Source of the DNA: Thermodesulfobacteriota bacterium
Lineage (GTDB): Bacteria; Desulfobacterota; Binatia; Bin18
Reading direction: 5' to 3'
DNA: 64,000 bases
NCBI GenBank assembly: GCA_964291405.2
Contig: OZ219926.1
Coordinates: 2,432,001-2,496,000 of the forward strand
Below are positions 41,856-53,811 of this stretch, piece after piece. The position numbers and the translations under genes were made by a program. Under the pieces are notes generated by a model that was given only the letters and a program-made list of their open reading frames with translations, made no database searches and had not been told where the DNA came from. Numbering within the stretch: the first letter of the stretch is position 1; every line of letters begins with the position of its first letter.

Positions 41856-42520
41856 ACGCCTTAGTCTATGAGGTTGAGCCTACCGAGGTGGTCATAGGCT
41901 CACGTTCGCTGACTCTGCTCCGGGTAAAAGATCTTGAGCGGCTGGTTGACCGCGAGGCCCTGCTGCGCGACAACACGGAGGAGCCACCGTACTGGGCGCA
42001 CCTGTGGACCGGGGCGCTGACCCTGGCCCGCTATCTAGATAGTTTTATCGATGTTCGCGATCAGACTGTGCTCGACCTCGGCTGTGGACTTGGGTTGACC
42101 GGTATCGTCGCCGCGCAAAAAGGGGGGCGGGTTACCTTTGCCGACAAGGAAGTTGCCGCGGTGTCTTTTGCGCGGGAGAACGCGCGGTTAAACGGATGTG
42201 CGCGATACGGGGTGCAGCAAATCGACTTTACCCAGGATATATTGGAGACAGATTTCGCGCTCATCCTTGGCGCGGAGATTTTATACGACAGGCCAACCTT
42301 CCCCGCCTTGGTGCGTTTTCTCGCCAGGCACCTCTCCCCCGCTGGGCGGGCTATCCTTGCCGACGCCAAACGGACGAATACCCAAGATTTTTATCAGCGG
42401 CTTGACCAAGCAGGCCTGCAATGGACCCAGGAAGAAGTGCGCGAGCGGGAAGACCACTTGCCCCTGCCCGTCGCTATTGTCACCATACAGAGAGGAGTAG
42501 GGAGGGTAAAGCAGTGGTGA
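41852..42520 (+). CDS. Class I SAM-dependent methyltransferase (Methyltransf_16 / METTL20-21-like)
   Basis: PPYWAHLW, VLDLGCGLG, GAEILYD. Confidence 0.82.
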   Translation: MNALVYEVEPTEVVIGSRSLTLLRVKDLERLVDREALLRDNTEEPPYWAHLWTGALTLARYLDSFIDVRDQTVLDLGCGLGLTGIVAAQKGGRVTFADKEVAAVSFARENARLNGCARYGVQQIDFTQDILETDFALILGAEILYDRPTFPALVRFLARHLSPAGRAILADAKRTNTQDFYQRLDQAGLQWTQEEVREREDHLPLPVAIVTIQRGVGRVKQW

Positions 42521-43173
42521 CGAATAGAACAATTTCTCGGGTTATTGGCATCCTGCGTCGCGCATCCGAGGGCTGGAACGCGCCTGTGGTGACGGAAATG
42601 GCGGGGTTTTCACGTGACCCCTACCAGGTGTTGATCGCCTGTCTCCTGAGTTTGCGGACCAAGGATGAAACAACCGGCCCGGCGGCCCGGCGGTTGTTTG
42701 CCCTGGCCGATACGCCTGAAAGAATGGTGACCCTGACAACCGCTCAGGTGAAGAAGGCGATTTATCCGGTTGGGTTTTATAAAACCAAAGCACAAACCGT
42801 ACTCGACGTCTCACAGCGGTTGCTCGATATCTATGCGGGTCGTGTCCCTGACGATATAGACGAACTCCTGACCTTTAAGGGCGTGGGCCGGAAAACCGCA
42901 AACTTGGTTGTGACCTTGGGCTTCCAGAAACCAGGCATCTGTGTAGACACGCACGTCCACCGCATCTCTAACCGTTGGGGCTATGTTGCAACGGAAAACC
43001 CGGAACAGACAGAAATGGCCCTGCGCGAAAGCCTGCCCAAGCGTTTCTGGATCGGCTATAACGACCTGCTGGTCGCGTTTGGACAAACCCTGTGTCATCC
43101 CACCTCACCCAAGTGCAGTGAGTGCCCGATTGAACGGTTTTGCGAAAAAATCGGAGTCGAGCGGAGTCGGTAA
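42514..43173 (+). CDS. nth: Endonuclease III
   Basis: LLSLRTKD, GVGRKTANLV, VDTHVHRI, C-terminal 4Fe-4S Cys cluster. Confidence 0.94.
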   Translation: MVTNRTISRVIGILRRASEGWNAPVVTEMAGFSRDPYQVLIACLLSLRTKDETTGPAARRLFALADTPERMVTLTTAQVKKAIYPVGFYKTKAQTVLDVSQRLLDIYAGRVPDDIDELLTFKGVGRKTANLVVTLGFQKPGICVDTHVHRISNRWGYVATENPEQTEMALRESLPKRFWIGYNDLLVAFGQTLCHPTSPKCSECPIERFCEKIGVERSR

Positions 43174-43179
43174 GCAGGG

Positions 43180-44457
43180 GTGGATCTGAAACCCATCACA
43201 ACCCGAACGAAACTGCTGTGGGTGGCCCTGCTGTATTTTGCCGAGGGTTTTCCATTCGGGCTGCTGTTCGACGCGTTTCCGGTGTATTTCCGGATACATG
43301 GGATGAGCCTGACGGAAATTGGTCTGCTGAGCGTGGTGGGCTTGCCGTGGACGCTGAAATTTCTGTGGGCTCCGTTGGTTGACATATGGGGGTCGCGGCG
43401 AAGCTGGATTGTGACCTGCCAGGGCCTGCTCGCTCTCGACCTGGGCTTACTCCTTTTTCTCGACCCAACCGCGAGCGGCAGTCTGGTCTGGGGCGGACTG
43501 ATTGTGCTTGCCGTACTGGCGGCAACCCAGGATATCGCCATTGACGCCTATACGATTGAACTCCTGGATCAAGAAGAAATGGGACCCGCCAATGGGCTCC
43601 GCGTGAGTACCTATCGGGTCGCACTGATCATTGCCGGGGGAGTGTTTGTTGGAGCGGCCGGTCTCGTCGGTTGGCAGGTGGCATTTCTGACTGCGGCTGG
43701 CCTCTTAGCCATCCTGGCACTGATCTCAAGCCACATGCCTCGGATTGCGCCGGGACCACAACGGGTGCCGGCGACGCAACCCTGGTCCACGGCGCTCGCC
43801 CATGGGTTCCTTAACCCGCTCACAAGCTTGTGGCGGCGGCCGGGTGTTATTGCGGTCCTTCTTTTTGTGTTGCTGTTCAAACTCGGGGACATGGCATTGG
43901 GGCCGATGGTCCGGCCGTTCTGGGTAGACCGGGAGTTTACCCCGCTCCAGATAGGCATCATTCCGGGAACCGTTGGCGTCGTCAGTACGATTCTCGGTGC
44001 GTTGCTCGGCGGTCGTCTGACAAAACAATGGGGACTTTTTCGCGCATTGTGGGTATTGGGCATTGCTCAAGCCAGCTCCAACCTGTTCTACGCCGTGACC
44101 GCCGCCCTCCCCCGTTCCGACCTGCTGATGTATTGCGCTTCGATTGTCGAGTCGTTTTGTGGCGGGTTGGGGACCGCGCCATTCTTAGCTTTTTTGATGA
44201 GTATCTGTGATAAACGCCAAGCCGCCACCCAGTACGCCCTGCTGAGCGCGCTCTTTGGCCTGGGGCGGTCGCTGTCAGGAGCCTTTTCCGGGGTACTCAC
44301 CCAGAGTATCGGCTATGCCACGTATTTCACCCTGACCTTTTTTCTGGCCTGGCCGGCTTTTGTCCTCTTGCCGTGGGTCCGTATGTGGATCGCTCAGGCA
44401 GAGGAGAACCAGTCTGCCCTCCAGACCAAAATAAGTCCTTCAGCCCAGGAAACGTGA
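43180..44457 (+). CDS. AmpG-like MFS permease
   Basis: LPWTLKFLWAPLVD, ATQDIAIDAY, ATQYALLSAL. Confidence 0.85.
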   Translation: MDLKPITTRTKLLWVALLYFAEGFPFGLLFDAFPVYFRIHGMSLTEIGLLSVVGLPWTLKFLWAPLVDIWGSRRSWIVTCQGLLALDLGLLLFLDPTASGSLVWGGLIVLAVLAATQDIAIDAYTIELLDQEEMGPANGLRVSTYRVALIIAGGVFVGAAGLVGWQVAFLTAAGLLAILALISSHMPRIAPGPQRVPATQPWSTALAHGFLNPLTSLWRRPGVIAVLLFVLLFKLGDMALGPMVRPFWVDREFTPLQIGIIPGTVGVVSTILGALLGGRLTKQWGLFRALWVLGIAQASSNLFYAVTAALPRSDLLMYCASIVESFCGGLGTAPFLAFLMSICDKRQAATQYALLSALFGLGRSLSGAFSGVLTQSIGYATYFTLTFFLAWPAFVLLPWVRMWIAQAEENQSALQTKISPSAQET

Positions 44458-44480
44458 GCGATACGAGAGGCAGTTTTGCC

Positions 44481-45281
44481 CTAGAGCGTGTAGAAGGTGT
44501 AGCGCAGGGATACCCATACTCCGTGGCTCGACAGGTGGGCGCGTGTTTGACCCACATTGAGCGGAACCAGGACATCTCCGGCCCGATTAACGACCCGCGC
44601 GATTCCCTCGTCGGTTTCGACCGAGCCGGAATCCGTGTAGCGATACGCGAGATCAAGCGTCAGTCTATCGGTCAGTGATGTACCGACACCGGCCGTTAGC
44701 ATCCAGGCGAAATTGACCTGGTGTCCACCCGGAACGATAGTCCGCGTTCGCGTGAACTTCATGCGGGTTTTGCCGATATCGATATACGAAGCGCCGGCGC
44801 CACCACCGATGAATGGGCTGAACGGCCCGAGCCGCGGCAGACCCAACTGCGGCAGGTCCACATAGGCGGCAAACATGCCGGACAGGGAGGACACTCTTGC
44901 CGAGACCTCCTGCCGACCTTGAGTTTGCAAAAAGTTGGCGTGACCGGTGAGAGTGAATCTCGGACGGTATTGAACCAGCGCCTCAATTCGCAAGGCAGGC
45001 ATGACGGCGTGGCCGAGCCCGAGCTCGAAGCCGGCCGGTGCGCTGAAATCGCCGTGCGTGCTCAGGGGTGCTCCATCGTTCCCTGGCCCACAGCCATACA
45101 AGGCGTATATGGCTGGCGGGGAGTGGTTCACACAGTCCTTATCCTTGAACCGCGTGTCCTCAGACCAATCAAGACCGACCCCGGCCCGCACATAGACATC
45201 GTTCGCCCAAGCCCCGGCTCCGAAAAGCAAAGATATGGCTGCGGCGACCGCAAAAATCGTGTGGAGTTGCCACCCCTTCAT
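44481..45281 (-). CDS. Outer-membrane beta-barrel protein (opacity/OmpW-like)
   Basis: Signal peptide, FSPFIGGGAG, LDLAYRYTDSG, terminal LRYTF. Confidence 0.78.
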   Translation of the reverse strand: MKGWQLHTIFAVAAAISLLFGAGAWANDVYVRAGVGLDWSEDTRFKDKDCVNHSPPAIYALYGCGPGNDGAPLSTHGDFSAPAGFELGLGHAVMPALRIEALVQYRPRFTLTGHANFLQTQGRQEVSARVSSLSGMFAAYVDLPQLGLPRLGPFSPFIGGGAGASYIDIGKTRMKFTRTRTIVPGGHQVNFAWMLTAGVGTSLTDRLTLDLAYRYTDSGSVETDEGIARVVNRAGDVLVPLNVGQTRAHLSSHGVWVSLRYTFYTL

Positions 45282-45425
45282 GTACGCTTCCGAAACGCTT
45301 GCATCTGCAGGAAGTGTATAGCTATTGGGGGATACGTCAATTCACCTCCAATGGATATTGCGCCGGACAAGGGCGCGGCATAAGACAGGGGGGGTCGCTA
45401 AAACGTTCTTTGGACAGGAGACACT

Positions 45426-46451
45426 ATGGCAACCGACCATGAAACCTGGCTCACACTGACCTCAGAAGAAGCGCTTGATCCGGACCTCCCTATTTGCGAT
45501 CCCCATCATCATCTCTGGGACTATCCCAATAATCGATATTTGCTGGAAGAGTTGCTTCAAGACCTCGGAGGTGGGCATCGGGTGACTCAGACGATTTTTG
45601 TCGAGTGTGTGTCCATGTACCGCAAAGACGGTCCCGAAGAGATGAAGCCGGTCGGGGAGACCGAATTTGTGCAGGGTATTGCCGCCCAGAGTGCCAGTGG
45701 AAACTACGGGCCGACAGCGGTCGCCGCCGGCATTGTCAGCCTGGCCAACCTCGCTCTCGGTCCAGCGGTCGAACCGATCCTCGAAGCGCATATGGCAGCC
45801 AGCCGCAACCGGTTTCGTGGGATTCGACACGCGTCAAGCTGGCATACGCATGAGAAGATCAGGAATGCGCATACGCACCCGCCGGAAGGACTCCTGTTGG
45901 ACGCAACCTTCAGACAAGGATTTGCCTGTTTACACAAGCTTGGCCTGAGTTTTGACGCCTGGATGTATCATACCCAGCTTGCCGACCTGGTTGATCTGGC
46001 CCACGCGTTTCCTGATGCAACCATCATTCTGGATCATATTGGCGGACCGCTCGGTATTGGTCCGTATGCGGGCAAGCAGGACGAAGTCATGCAGGTCTGG
46101 AAAAAGGGCATGGCCGATCTCTCACACTGTCAGAATGTGGTGGTCAAGCTCGGTGGTGTCACCATGCCGATGTGTGGCTTCGGCTGGCACAAGTGGGAAA
46201 AACCGCCGACTTCGGAGGAAGTTGCTCGGGCCACCGCCCCGTATTACCTCTTTTGTATTGAGCAATTCGGCGTAGACCGTTGTATGTTCGAGAGTAATTT
46301 CCCGGTTGATAAAGCGTCGTGCTCTTACACAGTGCTGTGGAATTCGTTTAAGCGCATCGTCCAAGACTTCTCACCTGACGAGCGAGTGGCGCTCTTCCAT
46401 GATACGGCTGCGCGAGCCTATAAAATACAACCCGCCGCCCAACTCCTGTAG
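45426..46451 (+). CDS. Amidohydrolase_2 family protein
   Basis: CDPHHHLW, LDHIGGP, FESNFPVD. Confidence 0.88.
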   Translation: MATDHETWLTLTSEEALDPDLPICDPHHHLWDYPNNRYLLEELLQDLGGGHRVTQTIFVECVSMYRKDGPEEMKPVGETEFVQGIAAQSASGNYGPTAVAAGIVSLANLALGPAVEPILEAHMAASRNRFRGIRHASSWHTHEKIRNAHTHPPEGLLLDATFRQGFACLHKLGLSFDAWMYHTQLADLVDLAHAFPDATIILDHIGGPLGIGPYAGKQDEVMQVWKKGMADLSHCQNVVVKLGGVTMPMCGFGWHKWEKPPTSEEVARATAPYYLFCIEQFGVDRCMFESNFPVDKASCSYTVLWNSFKRIVQDFSPDERVALFHDTAARAYKIQPAAQLL

Positions 46452-46457
46452 CGGCTC

Positions 46458-47246
46458 TCAGGCCGCTCCCGGCAGGGCCTGGTAAAAGCCATTGGTCTGA
46501 ACCAGCTCGACCGGTGTTTCAAACAGAGCACTGAGCCGTGGGCTGGTGAGGATCTCTTTCTTTTCGCCGTCCGCGATAACCTTGCCCTGTTTCAACAGGA
46601 CAACGCGTGAGACCTCTGGTGGTATTTCGTGAATGTGGTGGGTCACCAGAGCTACCGTCTTACCGGCCTGCATCAGATGCCGAATGGTTGCTATGTATTG
46701 AAAACACGCTTGCAGGTCGAGGCCGCTGGTGGGTTCGTCCAAGACCAGGGTTTCAGGATCGTTAATCAGCGCTCGTCCCAGGAGAAAGCGCCGCTGCTCA
46801 CCCGTAGACATGGTCGCATAGGTTTTCTCTTGCAGCGTGCTGATCCCGAGGGTGTCCAGGACTTTTTGCGCGCGCGCCGTATCGTCGTCACTAAAGCTGT
46901 GGTGCCAGGCGATATCTATGCTCGAATAGAAGCCCGATAAAATAATATTCAACCCGCGGGCATTACCGACATACTGTTGCTGCAAATCGTGGGACACCAG
47001 GCCAAAGCGGGAGCGCAGTTCCCACACATCCCAGCGCTCCTGCCCATACAAACGTACGTAGCTCTCTGCTTGGGCAACCGGATAGAGGTCGCGAGACAGG
47101 AGTTTGAGCAAGGTTGATTTACCTGCGCCATTAGGGCCAAGGATGACCGTGTTTTGGCCCTCGGTCAGGTCGAGGGAGAAATTCTCGAACACGCAGGTTT
47201 GACCACGATAGACGGTTGCATTTTTTATCTCGATAATTTTTTGCAT
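46458..47246 (-). CDS. ABC ATP-binding protein (ModF-like)
   Basis: GPNGAGKST, STGEQRR, LDEPTSGLD, VTHH. Confidence 0.85.
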   Translation of the reverse strand: MQKIIEIKNATVYRGQTCVFENFSLDLTEGQNTVILGPNGAGKSTLLKLLSRDLYPVAQAESYVRLYGQERWDVWELRSRFGLVSHDLQQQYVGNARGLNIILSGFYSSIDIAWHHSFSDDDTARAQKVLDTLGISTLQEKTYATMSTGEQRRFLLGRALINDPETLVLDEPTSGLDLQACFQYIATIRHLMQAGKTVALVTHHIHEIPPEVSRVVLLKQGKVIADGEKKEILTSPRLSALFETPVELVQTNGFYQALPGAA

Positions 47247-47327
47247 AGAGTTTTCCAGACGGATGCGCAAATGCCTACTAGCTCATCAGGCGGCATAAAT
47301 GAGAAACGGCTCGTACGCAAGGGCAAT

Positions 47328-47669
47328 CTATTCGAGTCGTATCCAGAGGCAGTCCACTCCATCCAGAAACATGTGAATGACCAGTCCCAGGGCGATCAGT
47401 CTCAGCCAGTTTACCCGGGGGATCACGAGCAGGAGCAGATAGACTGCAATGGCCGGGTAGGAATGGAGCGGATGAAAGCCGATGCCACAGCGATTCGGGT
47501 CGTAAATGGGGTCGGCGAGCAGATGATCAATATCAACGATCATCGTTCCGAGCATGATCAGGAAAGCCCACCGCCAGCGATCACCATAGAATGTCCGGGC
47601 GACCAGCGCCGGAACAGCGAAATGGAGAATCATATGAATAAGCGGACGCATGGCGTTGAGGAGACTCAT
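47328..47669 (-). CDS. Small membrane protein (DUF6122-like)
   Basis: DIDHLLADPIYDPNRCGIGFHPLHS motif. Confidence 0.72.
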   Translation of the reverse strand: MSLLNAMRPLIHMILHFAVPALVARTFYGDRWRWAFLIMLGTMIVDIDHLLADPIYDPNRCGIGFHPLHSYPAIAVYLLLLVIPRVNWLRLIALGLVIHMFLDGVDCLWIRLE

Positions 47670-47722
47670 ACAGCGGAGAATAGCGTATAGCGTATCGGCG
47701 CTGAGTCTCTAAGCAGAAGGAA

Positions 47723-48826
47723 CTAGGATTTCCCGAGCTTGAGATAGGGACGCGGGGAGTACGGCTCTCTGGCCCCTCGGGTCGCTAGGTCCTGGAGCAG
47801 GGCGTCGCCGAGAATAAGGGCCAGCATGGCCTCGGCCATTGGCACGCCGCGAATGGCAACACAGGGGTCGTGTCTGCCCTTGGTGCTGATTGTCCTGGGC
47901 TGTAACTGCGTGTTGAGCGTCTGTTGCTCGCGGGGTATCGAAGACGTCGGTTTCACCACGACACGAGCCACAATAGGTGCGCCAGACGAAATGCCGCCCA
48001 GAATACCGCCATGATTATTGCTGCGAAAACCATCAACGTCCATTTCGTCGTTCATCTCACTGCCCCGCATGGCCGCGGCGGCAAAACCAGCTCCAATCTC
48101 TACGCCCTTTACTGCGGGAAGAGACATGAGAGCGCTCACAATGGCGGAGTCAAGTTTACCAAAGACCGGCTCGCCCAGACCGGGCGGAACGCCGGTGGCG
48201 ACCACCTCAATAATTCCGCCAACCGAATCACGATCTTTTCGAGCCTGTTCGACTTCCTCGCGCATGGCCGATACAGTGTCCGGGTCAACGCTGCGCAGTT
48301 CATTCCGTTCCACCTGTTCCCACACATAGCGCTGCGCTCGAACGCGGCCGACTTGGACGACACCACCAACTATCGCTATACCAAATTTCGCGAGGAGCTG
48401 TTTTGCCAGGGCCCCGGCAATCACGCGACCCACCGACTCGCGGGCTGATGCCCTCCCCCCACCACGATAATCGCGATGGCCGTATTTGGCAAAATACGTA
48501 AAGTCTGCGTGGCCGGGACGAAAGAGGTCTTTGATATCCGCATAGTCTTTTGAGCGGGTGTCTTCGTTGAAGACCATGATCATCATGGGTGTCCCGGTGG
48601 TTTTGCCTTCATAGACGCCAGAGAAAATTTCAAACTGTTCTCTTTCTTGACGCTGTGTCACTAGCTTGGACTGGCCAGGCCGGCGCCGTTGCAGCTCGGT
48701 ATGAATACCGGCCTCATCGATCTCGAAGTCAGCCGGAAAACCATCGATCACGACGCCGACCGCCCTGCCATGGCTCTCACCAAAGGTTGTGACGCGCAAG
48801 CTGGTGCCGAAAGTATTGCCTGTCAT
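47723..48826 (-). CDS. aroC: Chorismate synthase
   Basis: TFGESHG, RPGHAD, GGGRASARES, NNHGGILGGIS, RHDPCV. Confidence 0.97.
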   Translation of the reverse strand: MTGNTFGTSLRVTTFGESHGRAVGVVIDGFPADFEIDEAGIHTELQRRRPGQSKLVTQRQEREQFEIFSGVYEGKTTGTPMMIMVFNEDTRSKDYADIKDLFRPGHADFTYFAKYGHRDYRGGGRASARESVGRVIAGALAKQLLAKFGIAIVGGVVQVGRVRAQRYVWEQVERNELRSVDPDTVSAMREEVEQARKDRDSVGGIIEVVATGVPPGLGEPVFGKLDSAIVSALMSLPAVKGVEIGAGFAAAAMRGSEMNDEMDVDGFRSNNHGGILGGISSGAPIVARVVVKPTSSIPREQQTLNTQLQPRTISTKGRHDPCVAIRGVPMAEAMLALILGDALLQDLATRGAREPYSPRPYLKLGKS

Positions 48827-48906
48827 CGATTCACCTTAAAAGAGACGAATATTTCTTCTTCAGCACGCCTCTCATCACAGGTGATACTACCACGTGTGCC
48901 GCAACG

Positions 48907-48933
48907 AAAAAGGGGCCGATCCATCGGCCCCTT
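48907..48933 (-). terminator. Intrinsic terminator after atpC
   Basis: AAGGGGCCGAT-GG-ATCGGCCCCTTTTT on the minus strand. Confidence 0.75.
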
Positions 48934-48969
48934 GTCGAACATACAGCGTTTGAGTGAAGTTGGGCGGTT

Positions 48970-49377
48970 TTATCCGTTAGACGCCACATCCAAACGGGCC
49001 TGAGCAAGACGGAGCGTATTTTGCGCGTCCTCAAAGCTGGCGTCGGTTGGCGAAAGATTGCCGAGGGCGGCTTCTGCCTCGCGAATCGCCTCCTGTGCTT
49101 GCGCCGCGTCAATTTCGTTGGCGTATGCGGCCTCCGTACACAGGACGGTCATCAGGTTGTCCACCACCTCAGCGAAGCCGTCACTCACCGCTAATGACCG
49201 GGTTTGTCCGTTTTGCTTATAGGATAAGCGCCCAGGCTGGAGAGAAGACAGAAACGTGGCGTGGTCGGGGAATACGCCAAACTCCCCTACTGTGCCAGGA
49301 GCGGTGACTTCATCGACCTCCTCGTCAAGCAGGAGCCGCTCTGGGGTGACTAAACGCAGACGCAGGATATCGGCCAT
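48970..49377 (-). CDS. atpC: ATP synthase epsilon
   Basis: LVTPER, GEFGVFPDH, GFAEV. Confidence 0.94.
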   Translation of the reverse strand: MADILRLRLVTPERLLLDEEVDEVTAPGTVGEFGVFPDHATFLSSLQPGRLSYKQNGQTRSLAVSDGFAEVVDNLMTVLCTEAAYANEIDAAQAQEAIREAEAALGNLSPTDASFEDAQNTLRLAQARLDVASNG

Positions 49378-49391
49378 AATACTCGTCTTGC

Positions 49392-50846
<1,455 letters not shown>

Positions 50847-51707
50847 TCATCCCTTCAACGATTCGCCAGTCGCAACGATCTCTAATAATTCTCGTGTAAT
50901 CCCGGCTTGACGAGCCCGGTTCATATCCAAGGTCAGGCGGTCAATCATTTCAACGGCGTTAGTGGTCGCATTATCCATAGCCGTCATCCGCGCCCCGTGC
51001 TCGCTCGCAACCGATTCCAGCATGGCCCGATAGATCAGCATGTCGATGTAGCGTTCTAACAGGCTGGCTAATAAGGTCTGTGGAGCGGGTTCATACAGAT
51101 AATCCAAAGCGCTCTGGTCTTCCGTCTGCTGCGTTGACGCAACGGGGAGAATTTTATCCAGGGTCGGGACCTGAACAAGAGCCGACCGAAACTTGGCGTA
51201 CAAGACATAAAAGCTGTCGGTCTCCCCACTCAGGAACTGCTCGCCAACCCGCCGGCCAATATCGTGGGCCAGGTCTGCGGACAACCGCCCGTACAGATTG
51301 ATATGCTCCTCCGCAATGGTGACGTCTCGACGCTTAAAATGGTCATAGGCGCGGCGGCCGACAAGAATCAGACTCACTTTTTGTTCGGAGCGTTGACGCA
51401 TGAAGGCTTCGGCTTCACGGATTAAAGAAGAGTTAAACCCGCCGCACAGCCCGCGATCAGAAGTCATCACAATTAGTGTGATATTGTTTTCTGCGCGTTC
51501 GGTGAGAAAGGGGTGGGCGAGTTCCTCTCCTTGGGCTGCCAGGTTCTGCAAGACGGCTTCCAGCTTCTCCGCGTAGGGACGCGCGGCCAGCGCAGCTTCC
51601 TGCGCCCGTCGCAGCCGCGCCGCTGAGACCATCTTCATGGCCTTGGTAATCTGCTGGATATTTTGGACGGACGAGACGCGTTTCCGGATTTCTTTCAGAG
51701 TCGCCAT
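50847..51707 (-). CDS. atpG: ATP synthase gamma
   Basis: ITKAMKMVSA, DRGLCGGFN, NRARQAGIT. Confidence 0.97.
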   Translation of the reverse strand: MATLKEIRKRVSSVQNIQQITKAMKMVSAARLRRAQEAALAARPYAEKLEAVLQNLAAQGEELAHPFLTERAENNITLIVMTSDRGLCGGFNSSLIREAEAFMRQRSEQKVSLILVGRRAYDHFKRRDVTIAEEHINLYGRLSADLAHDIGRRVGEQFLSGETDSFYVLYAKFRSALVQVPTLDKILPVASTQQTEDQSALDYLYEPAPQTLLASLLERYIDMLIYRAMLESVASEHGARMTAMDNATTNAVEMIDRLTLDMNRARQAGITRELLEIVATGESLKG

Positions 51708-51714
51708 AGTTCAA

Positions 51715-53223
51715 CTATACGGAAAAGCTCCCGTTGAATTCCTTTATCACGGTGTCCAGCCGTCCGGTGAGATCGTCGTCCAGCGCTCCCCTAGCGAGAA
51801 TATCAGCGTAGATGTCAGGGTGAGTATTCTCGATGAAGCGGGCGAGTTCCGGCTCATACTGGGCAATCGCCGTGTCGGGAATATCGTCCAGGTGGCCATT
51901 GGTACCGGCGTAAATAATGGCAATTTGGCGTTCGACCGGAAGCGGCTCGTACTGTCCCTGTTTGAGGACCTCAACCAGGCGCGTGCCGCGGGCCAACATC
52001 CGCTGTGTGGCCACATCCAGGTCAGACCCGAATTGGGCAAAGGCCGCCATCTCACGATACTGCGCCAGGTCAAGGCGTAGCGACCCGGCGACCTGTTTCA
52101 TGGCCTTGATTTGCGCATTGCCACCTACCCGGGAGACCGAGATACCAACGTTGACCGCTGGCCGTACGCCGGAGAAGAAGAGATCTGACTCCAGGAAGAT
52201 CTGTCCGTCGGTAATGGAAATAACGTTGGTCGGAATATAGGCCGAGACGTCGCCGGCCTGGGTTTCAATCACTGGCAGGGCGGTCAACGATCCGCCGCCC
52301 TGAGCGTCACTCATTTTTGCGGCGCGTTCCAACAAGCGGGAATGGAGATAGAACACATCACCGGGAAAGGCTTCACGACCGGGCGGGCGGCGCAGCAGAA
52401 GGGAAAGCTGGCGGTAGGCAACGGCGTGCTTTGACAGGTCGTCATAGACCACTAGGGCGTGCTGCCCGTTATCGCGGAAGTATTCGCCAATGGCAGTCCC
52501 AGAGTAAGGCGCAATAAATTGTAGCGGCGCTGCATCGGAGGCGGACGCGACCACAATGGTCGTATAATCCATTGCTCCGGCCCGGGTCAGTCGCTCCACG
52601 ACCTGAGCAATGGTTGACTGCTTCTGGCCAATGGCGACATAGATACAGGAAACATCGCCACCTTTCTGATTGATAATCGTATCGATAATGATGGCGGTTT
52701 TTCCGGTTTGGCGGTCACCGATAATCAGCTCCCGTTGTCCGCGACCAATCGGGATCATGGAATCAATCGCCTTGATCCCGGTTTGCAACGGTTCCGTGAC
52801 CGGTTGACGGAGGACGATACCCGGCGCTTTGACTTCGATGCGACGCGTTTCCGTTGTTGAAATAGGACCTTTGCCGTCAAGCGGTTGGCCCAAGGAGTTG
52901 ACCACGCGACCCCGCATGGCATCGCCAACAGGAACCTCGGCAATGCGCCCGGTGCGGCGGACCTCGTCGCCTTCTTTAATCGACTGAACCTCACCAAAGA
53001 CGGCAGCACCGACGTTGTCCTCTTCAAGGTTCAGCGCCAGACCATACAAATCGCCCGGAAACTGGAGCAGCTCCCCCGAGGCGACTCGGTCGAGACCGTG
53101 AATGCGAGCGATCCCATCTCCAGCTGAGAGTACGGTGCCTGTCTCGCGTTGCTCAACTTGTTGGTCGTAGCCTTGGATCTGTTGCTTGATGATTTCGCTG
53201 ATTTCAGCGGCGCGTAGTTCCAT
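51715..53223 (-). CDS. atpA: ATP synthase alpha
   Basis: [27 protein letters not shown]. Confidence 0.98.
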   Translation of the reverse strand: MELRAAEISEIIKQQIQGYDQQVEQRETGTVLSAGDGIARIHGLDRVASGELLQFPGDLYGLALNLEEDNVGAAVFGEVQSIKEGDEVRRTGRIAEVPVGDAMRGRVVNSLGQPLDGKGPISTTETRRIEVKAPGIVLRQPVTEPLQTGIKAIDSMIPIGRGQRELIIGDRQTGKTAIIIDTIINQKGGDVSCIYVAIGQKQSTIAQVVERLTRAGAMDYTTIVVASASDAAPLQFIAPYSGTAIGEYFRDNGQHALVVYDDLSKHAVAYRQLSLLLRRPPGREAFPGDVFYLHSRLLERAAKMSDAQGGGSLTALPVIETQAGDVSAYIPTNVISITDGQIFLESDLFFSGVRPAVNVGISVSRVGGNAQIKAMKQVAGSLRLDLAQYREMAAFAQFGSDLDVATQRMLARGTRLVEVLKQGQYEPLPVERQIAIIYAGTNGHLDDIPDTAIAQYEPELARFIENTHPDIYADILARGALDDDLTGRLDTVIKEFNGSFSV

Positions 53224-53268
53224 TCGTTCCTCTCGCAATATTTAATATTATCCTGTAAATTCAAACAC

Positions 53269-53811
53269 TTATGTCTGTTGTGCTAATTGATCGCCTAGCC
53301 GGGCAAGCTGTGTTTTGAGGCTGGCATCATACACCCGACCTTCCACCTCAACGACAACGCCACCTAAGAGTGTCGCGTCTGTCTCAAATGTAGGTTCGAC
53401 CGTCTTCTCCGTGAGTTGGCTGAATGTATTCACAAGAAGCAACTTTTCCTCTTCCTCCAACTCGACCGCCGAGCGAACCCGCGCACGAACCCGCCCCAAA
53501 GCTTTATCAAGCAGTTGTTGGTATGCCTCGTTAATCGCGCCGATGTCCTGGAGTCGGTCACTGTCCGCAAGGACGCGCAGAAACTTCTCAACAATCTCGT
53601 GTGGAGAGCCTTGGGCTACCAACTGGGCTACCATGTGCTGGCGTACGCTGGTCGGAAGCGCCGGAAGTGCAAGTATTTTTGCCAACTCTGGATCGGTAAA
53701 GAACTCGGCGACCTGGCCGAGCTGAGTTCCGATCGTTTCTCCTTCCCCCTGCTCTTGCGCGAGACTCAGGAGGGCTTTGGCATACCGTCTAGCTGCCTGT
53801 GTTCTCGGCAC
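53269..53811 (-). CDS. atpH: ATP synthase delta
   Basis: ARRYAKAL, LLGGVVV, YDASLKTQL. Confidence 0.92.
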   Translation of the reverse strand: MPRTQAARRYAKALLSLAQEQGEGETIGTQLGQVAEFFTDPELAKILALPALPTSVRQHMVAQLVAQGSPHEIVEKFLRVLADSDRLQDIGAINEAYQQLLDKALGRVRARVRSAVELEEEEKLLLVNTFSQLTEKTVEPTFETDATLLGGVVVEVEGRVYDASLKTQLARLGDQLAQQT

